Source of the DNA: Candidatus Iainarchaeum sp.
Lineage (GTDB): Archaea > Iainarchaeota > Iainarchaeia > Iainarchaeales > CSSED10-239
Length of the DNA stretch: 64,000 nucleotides
NCBI GenBank assembly: GCA_028700115.1
Contig: JAQVTI010000003.1
Location: 2,714 to 66,713, forward strand
Direction: 5' to 3'
The notes under the pieces are model-generated. The model was not told the origin of the DNA. It saw nothing but the letters and a program-made list of their open reading frames with translations, and did no database searches. Shown piece by piece: positions 51,068 to 62,452 of this stretch (position 1 is its first letter; every line of letters begins with the position of its first letter). The translations under genes and the position numbers were made by a program.

Positions 51068-51559
51068 ATGATTAAAAATAAAAAAGGACAAGGTGCCTTA
51101 GAATACCTATTACTAATTGGTGGTGCTGTTCTAATTGCTGTAATTGTAATTGCATTATTAGTTGGAATGGGTGGACAAAGTAGAGATTCTGCAAAAGATC
51201 AAGCAGACAAAGCTTCAAAAGCTACAGATATTCCTCAACCTGCATCTATAACAAGTATCACTCCTGTTGCTAATTCTTGTACTCCAAATTCAGATGGAAA
51301 TATAATTTTGGATTGGGCTCCTTTAGCTACTGGTGGAACATATAATTTGAGAGCTTACGATTATACTGGTGAAAAGGATTTAAATGTTACTATTGGTAGT
51401 AATACTGATGGTAAATTAGATGCTTCTGTTTTACATCAAGAGAATATTATGATTTCTGGTGACGATTTTGCAGCTTGTGAAAACACATATTGGATTGAAG
51501 TTGTAACTACAAAGAATAACCAATCAGTTGCTTCTGCAAAAACAAAATTCAATTGGTAG
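51068..51559 (+). CDS. Prepilin with class III signal peptide and a beta-rich (FN3/Ig-like) C-terminal domain; probable major pilin
   Basis: MIKNKKG/QGALEYLLLIGGAVLIAVIVIALLV. A GGTG SD is present, the local GC is higher than in neighbouring genes, and a strong hairpin plus T-tract terminator follows immediately. Confidence 0.8.
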   Translation: MIKNKKGQGALEYLLLIGGAVLIAVIVIALLVGMGGQSRDSAKDQADKASKATDIPQPASITSITPVANSCTPNSDGNIILDWAPLATGGTYNLRAYDYTGEKDLNVTIGSNTDGKLDASVLHQENIMISGDDFAACENTYWIEVVTTKNNQSVASAKTKFNW

Positions 51560-51572
51560 ATTTAAAATATAG

Positions 51573-51612
51573 TTTGTGTTTTTAAAAACACAAATTTTCT
51601 TTTTCTTTTTTT
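51573..51612 (+). terminator. Hairpin plus T-tract transcription terminator after the pilin gene
   Basis: A perfect 22-nt palindrome (TTTGTGTTTTT/AAAAACACAAA, 51573-51594) is followed by a T-rich run (TTTTCTTTTTCTTTTTTT). Confidence 0.6.
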
Positions 51613-51692
51613 AATTATTTTTTTTAAATAATTATTTTTTTTTAAATAATTATTTTTTTTATTATTTTTTTTAAATAATTATTTTTTTTAAA
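51612..51692. repeat. Tandem 17-18 bp A/T repeat (TAATTATTTTTTTTAAA), about 4.5 copies
   Basis: Read directly. Units begin at 51612, 51629, 51647, 51661 (truncated) and 51676, between the two mid-size pilin genes. Confidence 0.8.
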
Positions 51693-51768
51693 TAAGAACA
51701 TATATAAATATTTTGATATAATATTAAAATATAATATTTGATTTAATTTTTAAAATAAAATAAAATTT

Positions 51769-52245
51769 ATGATTCTTATGGTTTTAAAAAATAAAAAAGG
51801 ACAAAGCTCTTTAGAATATATGTTAATTATTGGTGGTGCTTTATTAGTTGCAATTATTGTTATAACCGTTGTTTTATCTTTAGGTAATGCAAATAAAGAT
51901 TCTGCAGAAAGTACAAATCAAGATTATCAATATTTAATAGACAGTACTATAATTCCTCCAATAATTACTAATGTAGATTGTAATATTGATTCTAATATTA
52001 CTATTTATTTAAATACTTCTACAAGTAAAAATATTTCAGGATATAAGATTATTGTAGATGATTTTTTACCTTATCCAAGTGGTTTAGATGTAATTTATGA
52101 AACCTCTGGGGTAGTTTCTCAAAATGCTAATAGTTTAGGTATAAATACTGTTGGGCAAATATATAATATTTCTATAGTTGCAATTAAAAATAATTCTTCT
52201 TCAAGACCTTCAATGCCTTCAATGAGCTGTAAAGCACATAATTAA
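51769..52245 (+). CDS. Prepilin with class III signal peptide and a beta-rich C-terminal domain (second mid-size pilin)
   Basis: VLKNKKG/QSSLEYMLIIGGALLVAIIVITVVL. The start is ATG 51769 or 51778. Confidence 0.78.
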   Translation: MILMVLKNKKGQSSLEYMLIIGGALLVAIIVITVVLSLGNANKDSAESTNQDYQYLIDSTIIPPIITNVDCNIDSNITIYLNTSTSKNISGYKIIVDDFLPYPSGLDVIYETSGVVSQNANSLGINTVGQIYNISIVAIKNNSSSRPSMPSMSCKAHN

Positions 52246-52269
52246 ATATATAGAAATTAAAGATAATTT

Positions 52270-52458
52270 ATGAAAAATATAAATAAATTTTTAAAAGAAG
52301 AAAAAGCACAAGTCTCTGTAGAATATTTAATTATGATTGTTTTTGGTTTAATGCTTGTAATTACTACAGGAATAATTATAATCAATTTAAATAGTTTTGT
52401 AACTATGGCTAAAGCTAAAATTTTAACATATAGAGATAATATTTTAGCAAGTTTATAG
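52270..52458 (+). CDS. Small Flp-like prepilin (class III signal peptide)
   Basis: 62 aa, with KEEKA/QVSVEYLIMIVFGLMLVITTGIII. Its leader is nearly identical to that of the 50712 gene. Confidence 0.7.
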   Translation: MKNINKFLKEEKAQVSVEYLIMIVFGLMLVITTGIIIINLNSFVTMAKAKILTYRDNILASL

Positions 52459-52506
52459 TTTAATTTTTAGAAAATGTATATTATGTTTTTTTAAAGTAGG
52501 TAATAA

Positions 52507-53631
52507 ATGTTTAATTTTTCTTTATTTTATTTTTTTATTGTTTTATTTTTTTTAATTATTTCTTCATATACTGATTTTAAAAAAAGAATTGTATTAAATA
52601 AAGTTGTTTTATTTTTTTTAATTTTAGGTATTTTATTTAAAATTTTAGAAAGTGTTTTATTTAGTTCTTTTAATATTTTGTTATTTTCTATTTTATCTTT
52701 TATTATTTGTTTTATAATTTTTTATATTTTATGGAGTATAGGTGTTTTTTCAGCAGGGGATGTAAAGGTTTTTTTAGTTATTTCTATATTTATTCCTAAT
52801 AATTTAGTTTTTTTGAATATTTTAGATAAAATATATGTTCTTTCAAAACCAATATTTTCTTTAAATCTTTTATTTTTTTCAATTTTTTCAATTTTACCTT
52901 TTATTTTATTTTTTGCAGTTATAAAATTATTTAATATAGATAATTTAATATTAATTAAAAATAAAATTTTTAAAAAATATTTTTTAGAAAGTATATTAAA
53001 TTCTGTAATTATTTTATTTTTAGTTTCTTCTTTTTTAAGTATATTTAGTTCTTTTTTAAATTCTTTTTATATTTTTATTTTTTCATTATTTTTTATATTT
53101 TTTTTTAATAAATTAAAATCTATAATTAATAAAGGTACTTATATTTTTTATGTTTTATTTTTTACATTTTTGTTTATTTATAATTTTTATATCCCAATTA
53201 ATGTTTTTAATTTTAATAATTTTTTTTCAATAATTTTGAGTGTAAGTATTATTTTTGTTCTTTTAGTTTTATACACTATTATTAGAAATAAAATATTTAC
53301 ATATACAAAAAGTGTAGATAAACTTAAAGAAGGTGATTTACTTTATTATAATTATTATTTTATAAATAATATGGTTTATACTAAAAAATATAATTTTATT
53401 AAATATATTTTTGATATATTGAAAAATAATTATTATATTAACCTAAAAATTGATTCAAGACATTCTGCAGGAATTTTAAAATCAGACATTATATTTTTAA
53501 ATGATTCCTATAACCATAATTTAATAGAAAAAGAAATTAAATTAAAAAAAACAGTTCCTTTTATTCCAAGTGTTTTAATTGCATATATTATATTAAATAT
53601 AATTGGAGATGTTTTTTGGTTTATTATATAA
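52507..53631 (+). CDS. Prepilin/preflagellin peptidase (A24 family, PibD/FlaK/EppA-like)
   Basis: Polytopic membrane protein with two catalytic-Asp contexts: SSYTDFKKRIV (first) and FSAGDVKVFLV (GxGD-like second). A soluble insert precedes the last TM helix. Confidence 0.75.
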   Translation: MFNFSLFYFFIVLFFLIISSYTDFKKRIVLNKVVLFFLILGILFKILESVLFSSFNILLFSILSFIICFIIFYILWSIGVFSAGDVKVFLVISIFIPNNLVFLNILDKIYVLSKPIFSLNLLFFSIFSILPFILFFAVIKLFNIDNLILIKNKIFKKYFLESILNSVIILFLVSSFLSIFSSFLNSFYIFIFSLFFIFFFNKLKSIINKGTYIFYVLFFTFLFIYNFYIPINVFNFNNFFSIILSVSIIFVLLVLYTIIRNKIFTYTKSVDKLKEGDLLYYNYYFINNMVYTKKYNFIKYIFDILKNNYYINLKIDSRHSAGILKSDIIFLNDSYNHNLIEKEIKLKKTVPFIPSVLIAYIILNIIGDVFWFII

Positions 53632-53645
53632 ATTTGTGATTATAT

Positions 53646-54113
53646 ATGATTAAAAATAAAAAAGCTCAGATTTCAATTGAATATATTGTTTTTATTGCAA
53701 TTTTTTTAATGTTTTTTCAAGCTGTATTATATCCTTCTGCAGTTTTTGCAGAAAATATAATTAATGATGTTTCTAGTATTTCTCAATCTAGTCAAAGTAT
53801 TAATTCTTTATCAAATTCTATTGAAAGTTTAGCCAATAGTTCTGGTTATGGTAAAAGAACTATTTTTTTCTATCTTCCAGAGAATACTCATATGTCTATT
53901 GAAAGTAATAAAATTATCTATTCTATAGATATTTCTAACCAAAAACCATTCCCTAATAATTGTTCTACAGGAATTTGTACTTTTGAAAAAATATTATATA
54001 TTGGTTCTTTATCTATTTCTGAAGAAGATTCAGATAACTTTATAGGCGGTTATTCTGGGAAACTTATTATTGAAAAAAAAGATAATGGTGTAATTAGTGT
54101 TAAAGCGGATTAA
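53646..54113 (+). CDS. Pilin-like protein with class III signal peptide (minor pilin candidate)
   Basis: MIKNKKA/QISIEYIVFIAIFLMFF followed by a beta-rich domain. Confidence 0.65.
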   Translation: MIKNKKAQISIEYIVFIAIFLMFFQAVLYPSAVFAENIINDVSSISQSSQSINSLSNSIESLANSSGYGKRTIFFYLPENTHMSIESNKIIYSIDISNQKPFPNNCSTGICTFEKILYIGSLSISEEDSDNFIGGYSGKLIIEKKDNGVISVKAD

Positions 54114-54453
54114 AGCTCAAGCAAGTATCGAATATATTGTAATTATTACTTTTATTTTAGCTATATCTATCTTTTTTGTATTAATTATTTTTAAAACAAA
54201 TGATATTAATTATTCTATTCATCAAACAAAACAAGAAACTTTAAGATTAATCTCAGAGTCAGATTCTTCTATTATTTTAGAAAAAATTAATTATGAAATT
54301 TCTGATAATACCATTTTACATTTAAATTTAAATTTTTTAAAAATACATCCTACAGATATTTTTTTTATTGATCAAAATTATTCTTTTGTTAAACAAAATA
54401 TTTTAAATAAAACTAAATTTACAGACGTGGTTTTTAGTTTTAAATATATTTAA
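54097..54453 (+). CDS. Pilin-like protein with class III signal peptide (minor pilin candidate)
   Basis: MLKRIKA/QASIEYIVIITFILAISIFFV. It overlaps the upstream gene by 17 nt. Confidence 0.6.
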   Translation: MLKRIKAQASIEYIVIITFILAISIFFVLIIFKTNDINYSIHQTKQETLRLISESDSSIILEKINYEISDNTILHLNLNFLKIHPTDIFFIDQNYSFVKQNILNKTKFTDVVFSFKYI

Positions 54454-54493
54454 ACAATGAATTTTTTTTAAATTATTAATTTAGGTAGAATAT

Positions 54494-54988
54494 ATGAATA
54501 CAAAACATATTTGGCAATTAGAAATAATTTTTTTATGTGGTCTTTTTGTAAATCTTTTTGTAGAAAAAATGCTTTATTTAAAAATTTTATTTATTTTTTT
54601 AATTTTACTTTTTGTTTTTAAAGAGAAAGATACTTTTGTATTTATTAAACTTAAATATTTATATTTTGGTTATGGTTTAGTTGGTATCCTTATTTTAGCT
54701 TTATTGATCGGATTTATATCTAATATTTATTTTATAACCATTAGTATTTGTTTAGTAGTTTTATATTTTTATTTATATAAAATAATTTTTAATAAAACCA
54801 TTGGAGTTGTTTTAAAAATATCTTCTAAAAAAATTTATTTTAAAGTGATAGATCCATTTTATAAGTCTAAAAAAGAATTTATTCTTTCTTCTAATTTAAA
54901 AATTTCTAAAAATGATAAAATTTCAATCTTACAAAGTTCTTTTTTAATTAAAAAACCTCTAAAAATTTTAAAAGTTTTAAAAGAATAA
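54494..54988 (+). CDS. Membrane protein with a C-terminal beta-rich soluble domain, hypothetical
   Basis: 164 aa. Three to four TM helices are followed by GVVLKISSKKIYFKVIDPFYKSKKEFIL... It is co-oriented with the pilus genes. Confidence 0.4.
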   Translation: MNTKHIWQLEIIFLCGLFVNLFVEKMLYLKILFIFLILLFVFKEKDTFVFIKLKYLYFGYGLVGILILALLIGFISNIYFITISICLVVLYFYLYKIIFNKTIGVVLKISSKKIYFKVIDPFYKSKKEFILSSNLKISKNDKISILQSSFLIKKPLKILKVLKE

Positions 54989-54991
54989 TAT

Positions 54992-55357
54992 ATGTTTAAA
55001 AAAAGTTTTGTAATTTTTTTTATTTTAATAATTATTTTTTGTTTTATATTTCTTTCTTTTTTAACTTTTTTTTATAAACCACCTTCATTAAATTTATTTG
55101 ATTTTAATTTTGATTTTCATTTAAACAAATCAATTTCTTTAAATGGGCTTGTTAAAAATGTTGTAATTAAGGATAATATCTTATTTTTTGAAATATGTCA
55201 ATATTCTAGATGTCTTGATTGTGTGATTTTTAATTTTACTTCTTTTCAAAAAGATTTGGTTTATAAAAAATCTTTAGATAAATCTTTTTTAGAAGTTATT
55301 GGGCTTTTAACAGAATATAATAATAAACCAGAAATAATTGTTTATAGATTAATATGA
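54992..55357 (+). CDS. Membrane-anchored OB-fold-like protein, hypothetical
   Basis: N-terminal TM helix. The segment LNGLVKNVVIKDNILFFEI...LEVIGLLTEYNNKPEIIVYRL resembles exported OB-fold proteins. Confidence 0.35.
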   Translation: MFKKSFVIFFILIIIFCFIFLSFLTFFYKPPSLNLFDFNFDFHLNKSISLNGLVKNVVIKDNILFFEICQYSRCLDCVIFNFTSFQKDLVYKKSLDKSFLEVIGLLTEYNNKPEIIVYRLI

Positions 55358-56538
55358 TTTATTTTTTACAAATAATTGTAGGGGTTCTTTTAGGAACTTT
55401 TATTGGTTTTTTTCCAAATATACATATTAATCTTTTAGCATATGTTTTTTCTATAATTAATTTAATTTATTCTCCAGATTCTTTTTATTTTTTTTTATCT
55501 TTCTCTATTTCTCAATTAATTTCAAGTTATCTCCCCACCACTTTTTTTGGAATCCCAAATGAATCTACTGTTTTATCTTTATTTCCTTCTCAAAGATTAA
55601 ATTTAAAAGGGGAGTCTAAACTTGCAATTTATTTATGTCTTTTTGGATCTTTTTTAGGTTGTTTATTTTCTATATTAATTCTTCCTTTTTTAGGAATTAT
55701 TTTTTCTTTATTAAAAGATTTTAATTTTATTATTTATTTTTCAATAATTCTTTCTTTATTTTTATTTATTTTATCTCAATCTAAAATTAAAGATATGCTT
55801 ATTGTTTTTTCTATTATAATTTTTTCTGGTTCTTTAGGGATATTTACTTTAAAATACAATTTATTTTTTAGGGAACCTCTTTTTGTATGTATTACTTGTC
55901 TTTTTGCTTTTCCTTATTTAATTTCATCAATTTTTAATAAACATAGAGGTGTTTTTCAAAGTTTTTCAAAAGTAAATTTAGATTATAATAAATATATTTT
56001 ACCTGGATTAATTGGTTCTATATCTTCTTTTTTAATTATTTTAATACCTTCTTTTTCTTCATCTCAAGCAGCTGCAATTATTTCTTCTATTAAAAAAAAA
56101 ATTAATGAAAAAGTATATTTAATTATTTTTTCATCAATTTCTATTAGTGCTTTAATATTTTCTTATTTTCTTGCAATTAATTTTAATAAACCCAGATTAG
56201 GATATATTGCCATTTTATTATCTGCAAATGTGCTTCCTGTTTCTTTTAATTATTTTATTTTTTCTATAGTTATTTTAATTTCTTCTCTTTTAAGTAGTTT
56301 TATAATTTTTAGTTTAATTAATTTTATTTTAAAAATTATAAATCATTTAAATTTATATAGAATTAATATTTTCTTTTTTATTTTTATTTTGTTTATACTT
56401 ATTTTTGTTTCTGGTTTTAATAGTATTTTTTTAATTATTATAAGTACTTTAATTGGTTTTATTCCTTTGAGATTTAATAAATCTAGACTTTTTTTAATCA
56501 GTTATTTAATGATCCCTACTTTACTTTTTTATATTTAA
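55354..56538 (+). CDS. Polytopic membrane protein, TctA/DUF112-like
   Basis: 394 aa with about 10 or more TM helices. The N-terminus IIVGVLLGTFIGFFPNIHIN resembles the TctA-family GxxxGxxPG start. The start overlaps the upstream stop (ATGA). Confidence 0.4.
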   Translation: MIYFLQIIVGVLLGTFIGFFPNIHINLLAYVFSIINLIYSPDSFYFFLSFSISQLISSYLPTTFFGIPNESTVLSLFPSQRLNLKGESKLAIYLCLFGSFLGCLFSILILPFLGIIFSLLKDFNFIIYFSIILSLFLFILSQSKIKDMLIVFSIIIFSGSLGIFTLKYNLFFREPLFVCITCLFAFPYLISSIFNKHRGVFQSFSKVNLDYNKYILPGLIGSISSFLIILIPSFSSSQAAAIISSIKKKINEKVYLIIFSSISISALIFSYFLAINFNKPRLGYIAILLSANVLPVSFNYFIFSIVILISSLLSSFIIFSLINFILKIINHLNLYRINIFFFIFILFILIFVSGFNSIFLIIISTLIGFIPLRFNKSRLFLISYLMIPTLLFYI

Positions 56539-56583
56539 TTTTAAATACTTCTATTTATAATATATTTTATAAAATATATTTGT

Positions 56584-56973
56584 ATGACAAAAAATTTATC
56601 TTGGAAAATATATGACGATGTTATAGAAAGTATAATGGCTTTATCAAAATCTTTTTACCCAAATGAGTTTTCTGGAATGCTTTATGCAGAAAATAATGTT
56701 ATTCAAGATATATATATTATTCCAAAAACTATTAGTAATAGAAATAATGCTATTATTAGACTAGATTTAGTTCCAATGAGTTTAAATATAATTGGTTCTG
56801 TTCATTCACATCCTTCTGGTTTTGGAAAACCATCTATTGCAGATCTTAATTTTTTTTCACGAAAATATGTTAATATTATTTCATATTTTCCTTTTTCTAA
56901 AAATTGTTTTAAAGTTTATGATAATTTAGGTCATATTATTGATAATTTTGAGATTATTTTTAGACAAAAATAA
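56584..56973 (+). CDS. JAB/MPN (JAMM) metalloprotease domain protein
   Basis: An upstream Glu (EFSGML) plus GSVHSHPSGFGKPSIAD, which matches HxHx7Sx2D exactly. Confidence 0.8.
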   Translation: MTKNLSWKIYDDVIESIMALSKSFYPNEFSGMLYAENNVIQDIYIIPKTISNRNNAIIRLDLVPMSLNIIGSVHSHPSGFGKPSIADLNFFSRKYVNIISYFPFSKNCFKVYDNLGHIIDNFEIIFRQK

Positions 56974-57097
56974 CTATTTTTTTAGTATTTTTAGAAACAT
57001 TTATAAATTTTGTGTAAAAAGTCCTTTAAGCTTTTCGGATCTTTATTTTTTTATATAAATAATTTCTTTTTTTAATTTTTTTATAATGTGATTTTTT

Positions 57098-59751
<2,654 letters not shown>

Positions 59752-59813
59752 TTTTTCTCTTTTTTTATTTTTTTATTTTAAATTATTTTAATTATATCTA
59801 AAAGGTTATTTTT

Positions 59814-60971
59814 ATGAGTGGAAAAGATTATTACGAAATTTTAGGTGTCTCAAAAGATGCAAGCATTGAAGAAATTAAAAAAGCATATAAAACATTAGCA
59901 AAAAAATATCATCCAGATCTAGCTGGAGAAGGTGCTGATGAAGAGAAATTTAAAGAAATAAGTAATGCTTATTCTACTCTATCAAATTCAGAAAAAAGAA
60001 AACAATATGATACATTTGGACAAGCAGGTGCATCTGATCAAGGATTCGGACAAGGTTTTGGACAAGGCTTTTCTGGTTTTTCAAGAAGTGGGTTTTCTTC
60101 ACAAGGTTTTGATTTTTCAGATATATTTTCTTCATTTATGGATGATGATGATAATATTTTTTCAAGTTTTTCAAGAAGAGGTCAAAGAAGACAACAAAGA
60201 CAAGAAAATCTAGATGTTGTTGAAAAAGTTAATTTAACTTTTGAAGAAGCATATAAAGGTGTTAAGAAAAAAATTGAAATTTATAAAGATGTAGAGTGTA
60301 CTTATTGTGCAGGGACAGGTTCTAAATCTATGAAAAAAGAAACCTGTGATGTTTGTCATGGAAGAGGAAGAATAATAACTACAAAAAGAACTCCTTTTGG
60401 TGCATTTTCTGTTGAAAATATTTGTCATAAATGTCAAGGAAAAGGAACAATAATAAAAGATCCTTGTTCAAAATGTGATGGAAAAGGATATGTTAGAGAG
60501 TCTAAAAAAATAAATGTAGATATCCCATCAGGAGTAAATAATAGAGATGTTATTAGAGTTGTTTCTCAAGGACATGAACATAATAATCAAAAAGGAAATT
60601 TATTTTTAAATATAAGTGTAAGTCCTCATGATTTTTTCAAAAGAGATGAATATGATATATATTGTGAAGTTCCTATAAGTTATACAGATTTAGTTTTTGG
60701 AACTGATCTTAAATTAAATATTTTTGGAGATAAAATAAAAGTTAAAATCCCGTCTTCAACTACAAATAATACTATTTTTAGAATTAAAAATAAAGGTTTT
60801 AATCATATAAATTCTAGAGGTTCTGGAGATTTGTATGTTAAAGTAGTTTCCGAGATACCATCTAAAATTTCAGGAGAATATAAAAAGAAATTAAAAGAAT
60901 TAAAGGATCTAGAAGAAAAAAATATTACTAAAGAAATTAATAAGAAGTATAAAGATTATATTGAATTGTAG
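59814..60971 (+). CDS. dnaJ: Hsp40 co-chaperone DnaJ (type I)
   Basis: J-domain with YHPDL, a G/F-rich linker and four CxxCxGxG zinc repeats. Confidence 0.95.
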   Translation: MSGKDYYEILGVSKDASIEEIKKAYKTLAKKYHPDLAGEGADEEKFKEISNAYSTLSNSEKRKQYDTFGQAGASDQGFGQGFGQGFSGFSRSGFSSQGFDFSDIFSSFMDDDDNIFSSFSRRGQRRQQRQENLDVVEKVNLTFEEAYKGVKKKIEIYKDVECTYCAGTGSKSMKKETCDVCHGRGRIITTKRTPFGAFSVENICHKCQGKGTIIKDPCSKCDGKGYVRESKKINVDIPSGVNNRDVIRVVSQGHEHNNQKGNLFLNISVSPHDFFKRDEYDIYCEVPISYTDLVFGTDLKLNIFGDKIKVKIPSSTTNNTIFRIKNKGFNHINSRGSGDLYVKVVSEIPSKISGEYKKKLKELKDLEEKNITKEINKKYKDYIEL

Positions 60972-61025
60972 TTTTTAACAGGTTTTAAAAAAGTTTTGTT
61001 TTTAAATATATTTGGATTTGATTTT

Positions 61026-61121
61026 ATGAAAATATATATTTGGACAAAAGTATGTGTAGATGGTAAAATTAATAATAAATTACTTGGTGCTGCACATAAT
61101 GGTTGTTGTAAACAAGGCTAG
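61026..61121 (+). CDS. Unannotated 31-codon ORF (MKIYIWTKVCVDGKINNKLLGAAHNGCCKQG): candidate rSAM substrate peptide or a gene remnant
   Basis: My own translation. It is below the ORF-track size cutoff, lies 42 nt upstream of the radical SAM/SPASM gene on the same strand, and has no clear SD. Confidence 0.2.
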   Translation: MKIYIWTKVCVDGKINNKLLGAAHNGCCKQG

Positions 61122-61162
61122 TATATAATTATTTATTTTAAATAATAAATATATTTTTAATT

Positions 61163-62452
61163 TTGATATTTATGGGTCTTTATTCTCCTAAGATTATTAA
61201 ATTAGATAATGGTTTTGCAATTACTGCTGAAAAAACATTAATTTTATTAAATAAAGCAGAATTTATTAAAAATAAATCTGAAATTTTAAAATTATGTGAA
61301 GACTCTTTCAAAAATGTATCTTCATCTAATTTACAATTTAAGAGTAATGAAAATACATTGAGTTTTACAATAATTCCTACTACCGATTGTAATCTACGAT
61401 GTGTTTATTGTTATTCAGATGGTGGTTTTGATAAAAAAAATTTAACTTTTGAATTTACAAAAGAATTTATTGATAAGCTAATCCAACATAATCCAAATTG
61501 TAATAATATTAATTTAGATTTTACAGGTGGTGGCGAACCTTTATTAAATTTTGAATTAATTCAAAAAGTTGTTGATTATTTAGAATCTAAAAATTTTAAT
61601 TTAAATATAAGTATGGTAACAAATGGAATACTTTTACCTAAATATCTTCCTTGGCTTAAAATACATTCATTTTTTTTAAGAATTTCTTATGATGGTTGTG
61701 CTCAAAAAATAAATCGTCCAGGGTTAAATTTTAATTCTAATGAAAAATTATCTGAAACTTTTAAATTAATTAAAAATGAATATCCTTTAGATTTAGTTGG
61801 TGTTCAGATGACTATTACTAAATCTAATATTGATAATTTACCTTTTGATGTTTTAAAAATTATAACTGATTATAAAATAAATTCCATAAAAATTGAACCC
61901 GTACATACTTCTTATTCTATACGTTCAAAAATTGTAAATCAACCAACACCTAAAGAATTTGTTGATAGTTATCTTTCTACTTTAGATTTATTAATTTCTA
62001 AAAATATTGAAGTTTATATTGATAATTCATATTTATCAATTCCAAGTACTGCTTATTTTTGTTCTATTAGAAATAAAGCTATAATTTCTCCTTATAATTT
62101 AATCACATCTTGTGTGGAAGTTATAAAAAAAGAAGGTAATGAAAATAATGGTGTTGTGTTATGTGATGATATTTCTTTAATTGATTTCAATACTATTCGA
62201 AAAATACAATTAGATAAATTATACCCTTTACATCCTAAAAATTATAGTGATTGTTCTGAATGTGATTTTGTACATATTTGTAAAAATAATTGTCCTATGC
62301 GTAGAATTTTAAATAATAATCACAAATATAAATATAATTGTGAAATTTCTCATTTATTAATACCTAAATTTTTGGAAAGAGCTAATTCTAATAAAAAATA
62401 TTTAGAATTAGTTTTTGGAAATAGTTTTAAAGAAAGATCCAAATGCGTTTAG
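61163..62452 (+). CDS. Radical SAM enzyme with a C-terminal SPASM-like Cys-rich domain
   Basis: CNLRCVYC (Cx3Cx2C) and GGGEPLL motifs. C-terminal cysteines: FCS...SC...CSECDFVHICKNNCP. The start is TTG 61163 or ATG 61172. Confidence 0.8.
   Translation: MIFMGLYSPKIIKLDNGFAITAEKTLILLNKAEFIKNKSEILKLCEDSFKNVSSSNLQFKSNENTLSFTIIPTTDCNLRCVYCYSDGGFDKKNLTFEFTKEFIDKLIQHNPNCNNINLDFTGGGEPLLNFELIQKVVDYLESKNFNLNISMVTNGILLPKYLPWLKIHSFFLRISYDGCAQKINRPGLNFNSNEKLSETFKLIKNEYPLDLVGVQMTITKSNIDNLPFDVLKIITDYKINSIKIEPVHTSYSIRSKIVNQPTPKEFVDSYLSTLDLLISKNIEVYIDNSYLSIPSTAYFCSIRNKAIISPYNLITSCVEVIKKEGNENNGVVLCDDISLIDFNTIRKIQLDKLYPLHPKNYSDCSECDFVHICKNNCPMRRILNNNHKYKYNCEISHLLIPKFLERANSNKKYLELVFGNSFKERSKCV

Noticed and set aside
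51612-51692. Considered whether the tandem repeats here, or the repeats at 28711-28792, could be a small CRISPR array.
   Set aside because: The units here are 17-18 bp of pure A/T with no intervening unique spacers. The 28.7-kb units are only 20 bp, with 10-12 bp between them. No cas genes are present. Neither matches CRISPR repeat-spacer geometry.
57000-57097. Looked for a CIRCE (TTAGCACTC-N9-GAGTGCTAA) or other heat-shock operator upstream of grpE. Only a weak imperfect dyad, AAAGTCC...GGATCTTT, was noted around 57024-57049.
   Set aside because: There is no CIRCE-like sequence. The dyad is short and imperfect, with one indel, which is insufficient to call.
59965-60213. 82-aa alternative-frame ORF inside dnaJ, and antisense ORFs inside dnaK and dnaJ (58203-58448, 58839-59233, 60234-60437).
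   Set aside because: They are nested in strongly supported chaperone genes and have no independent signals.
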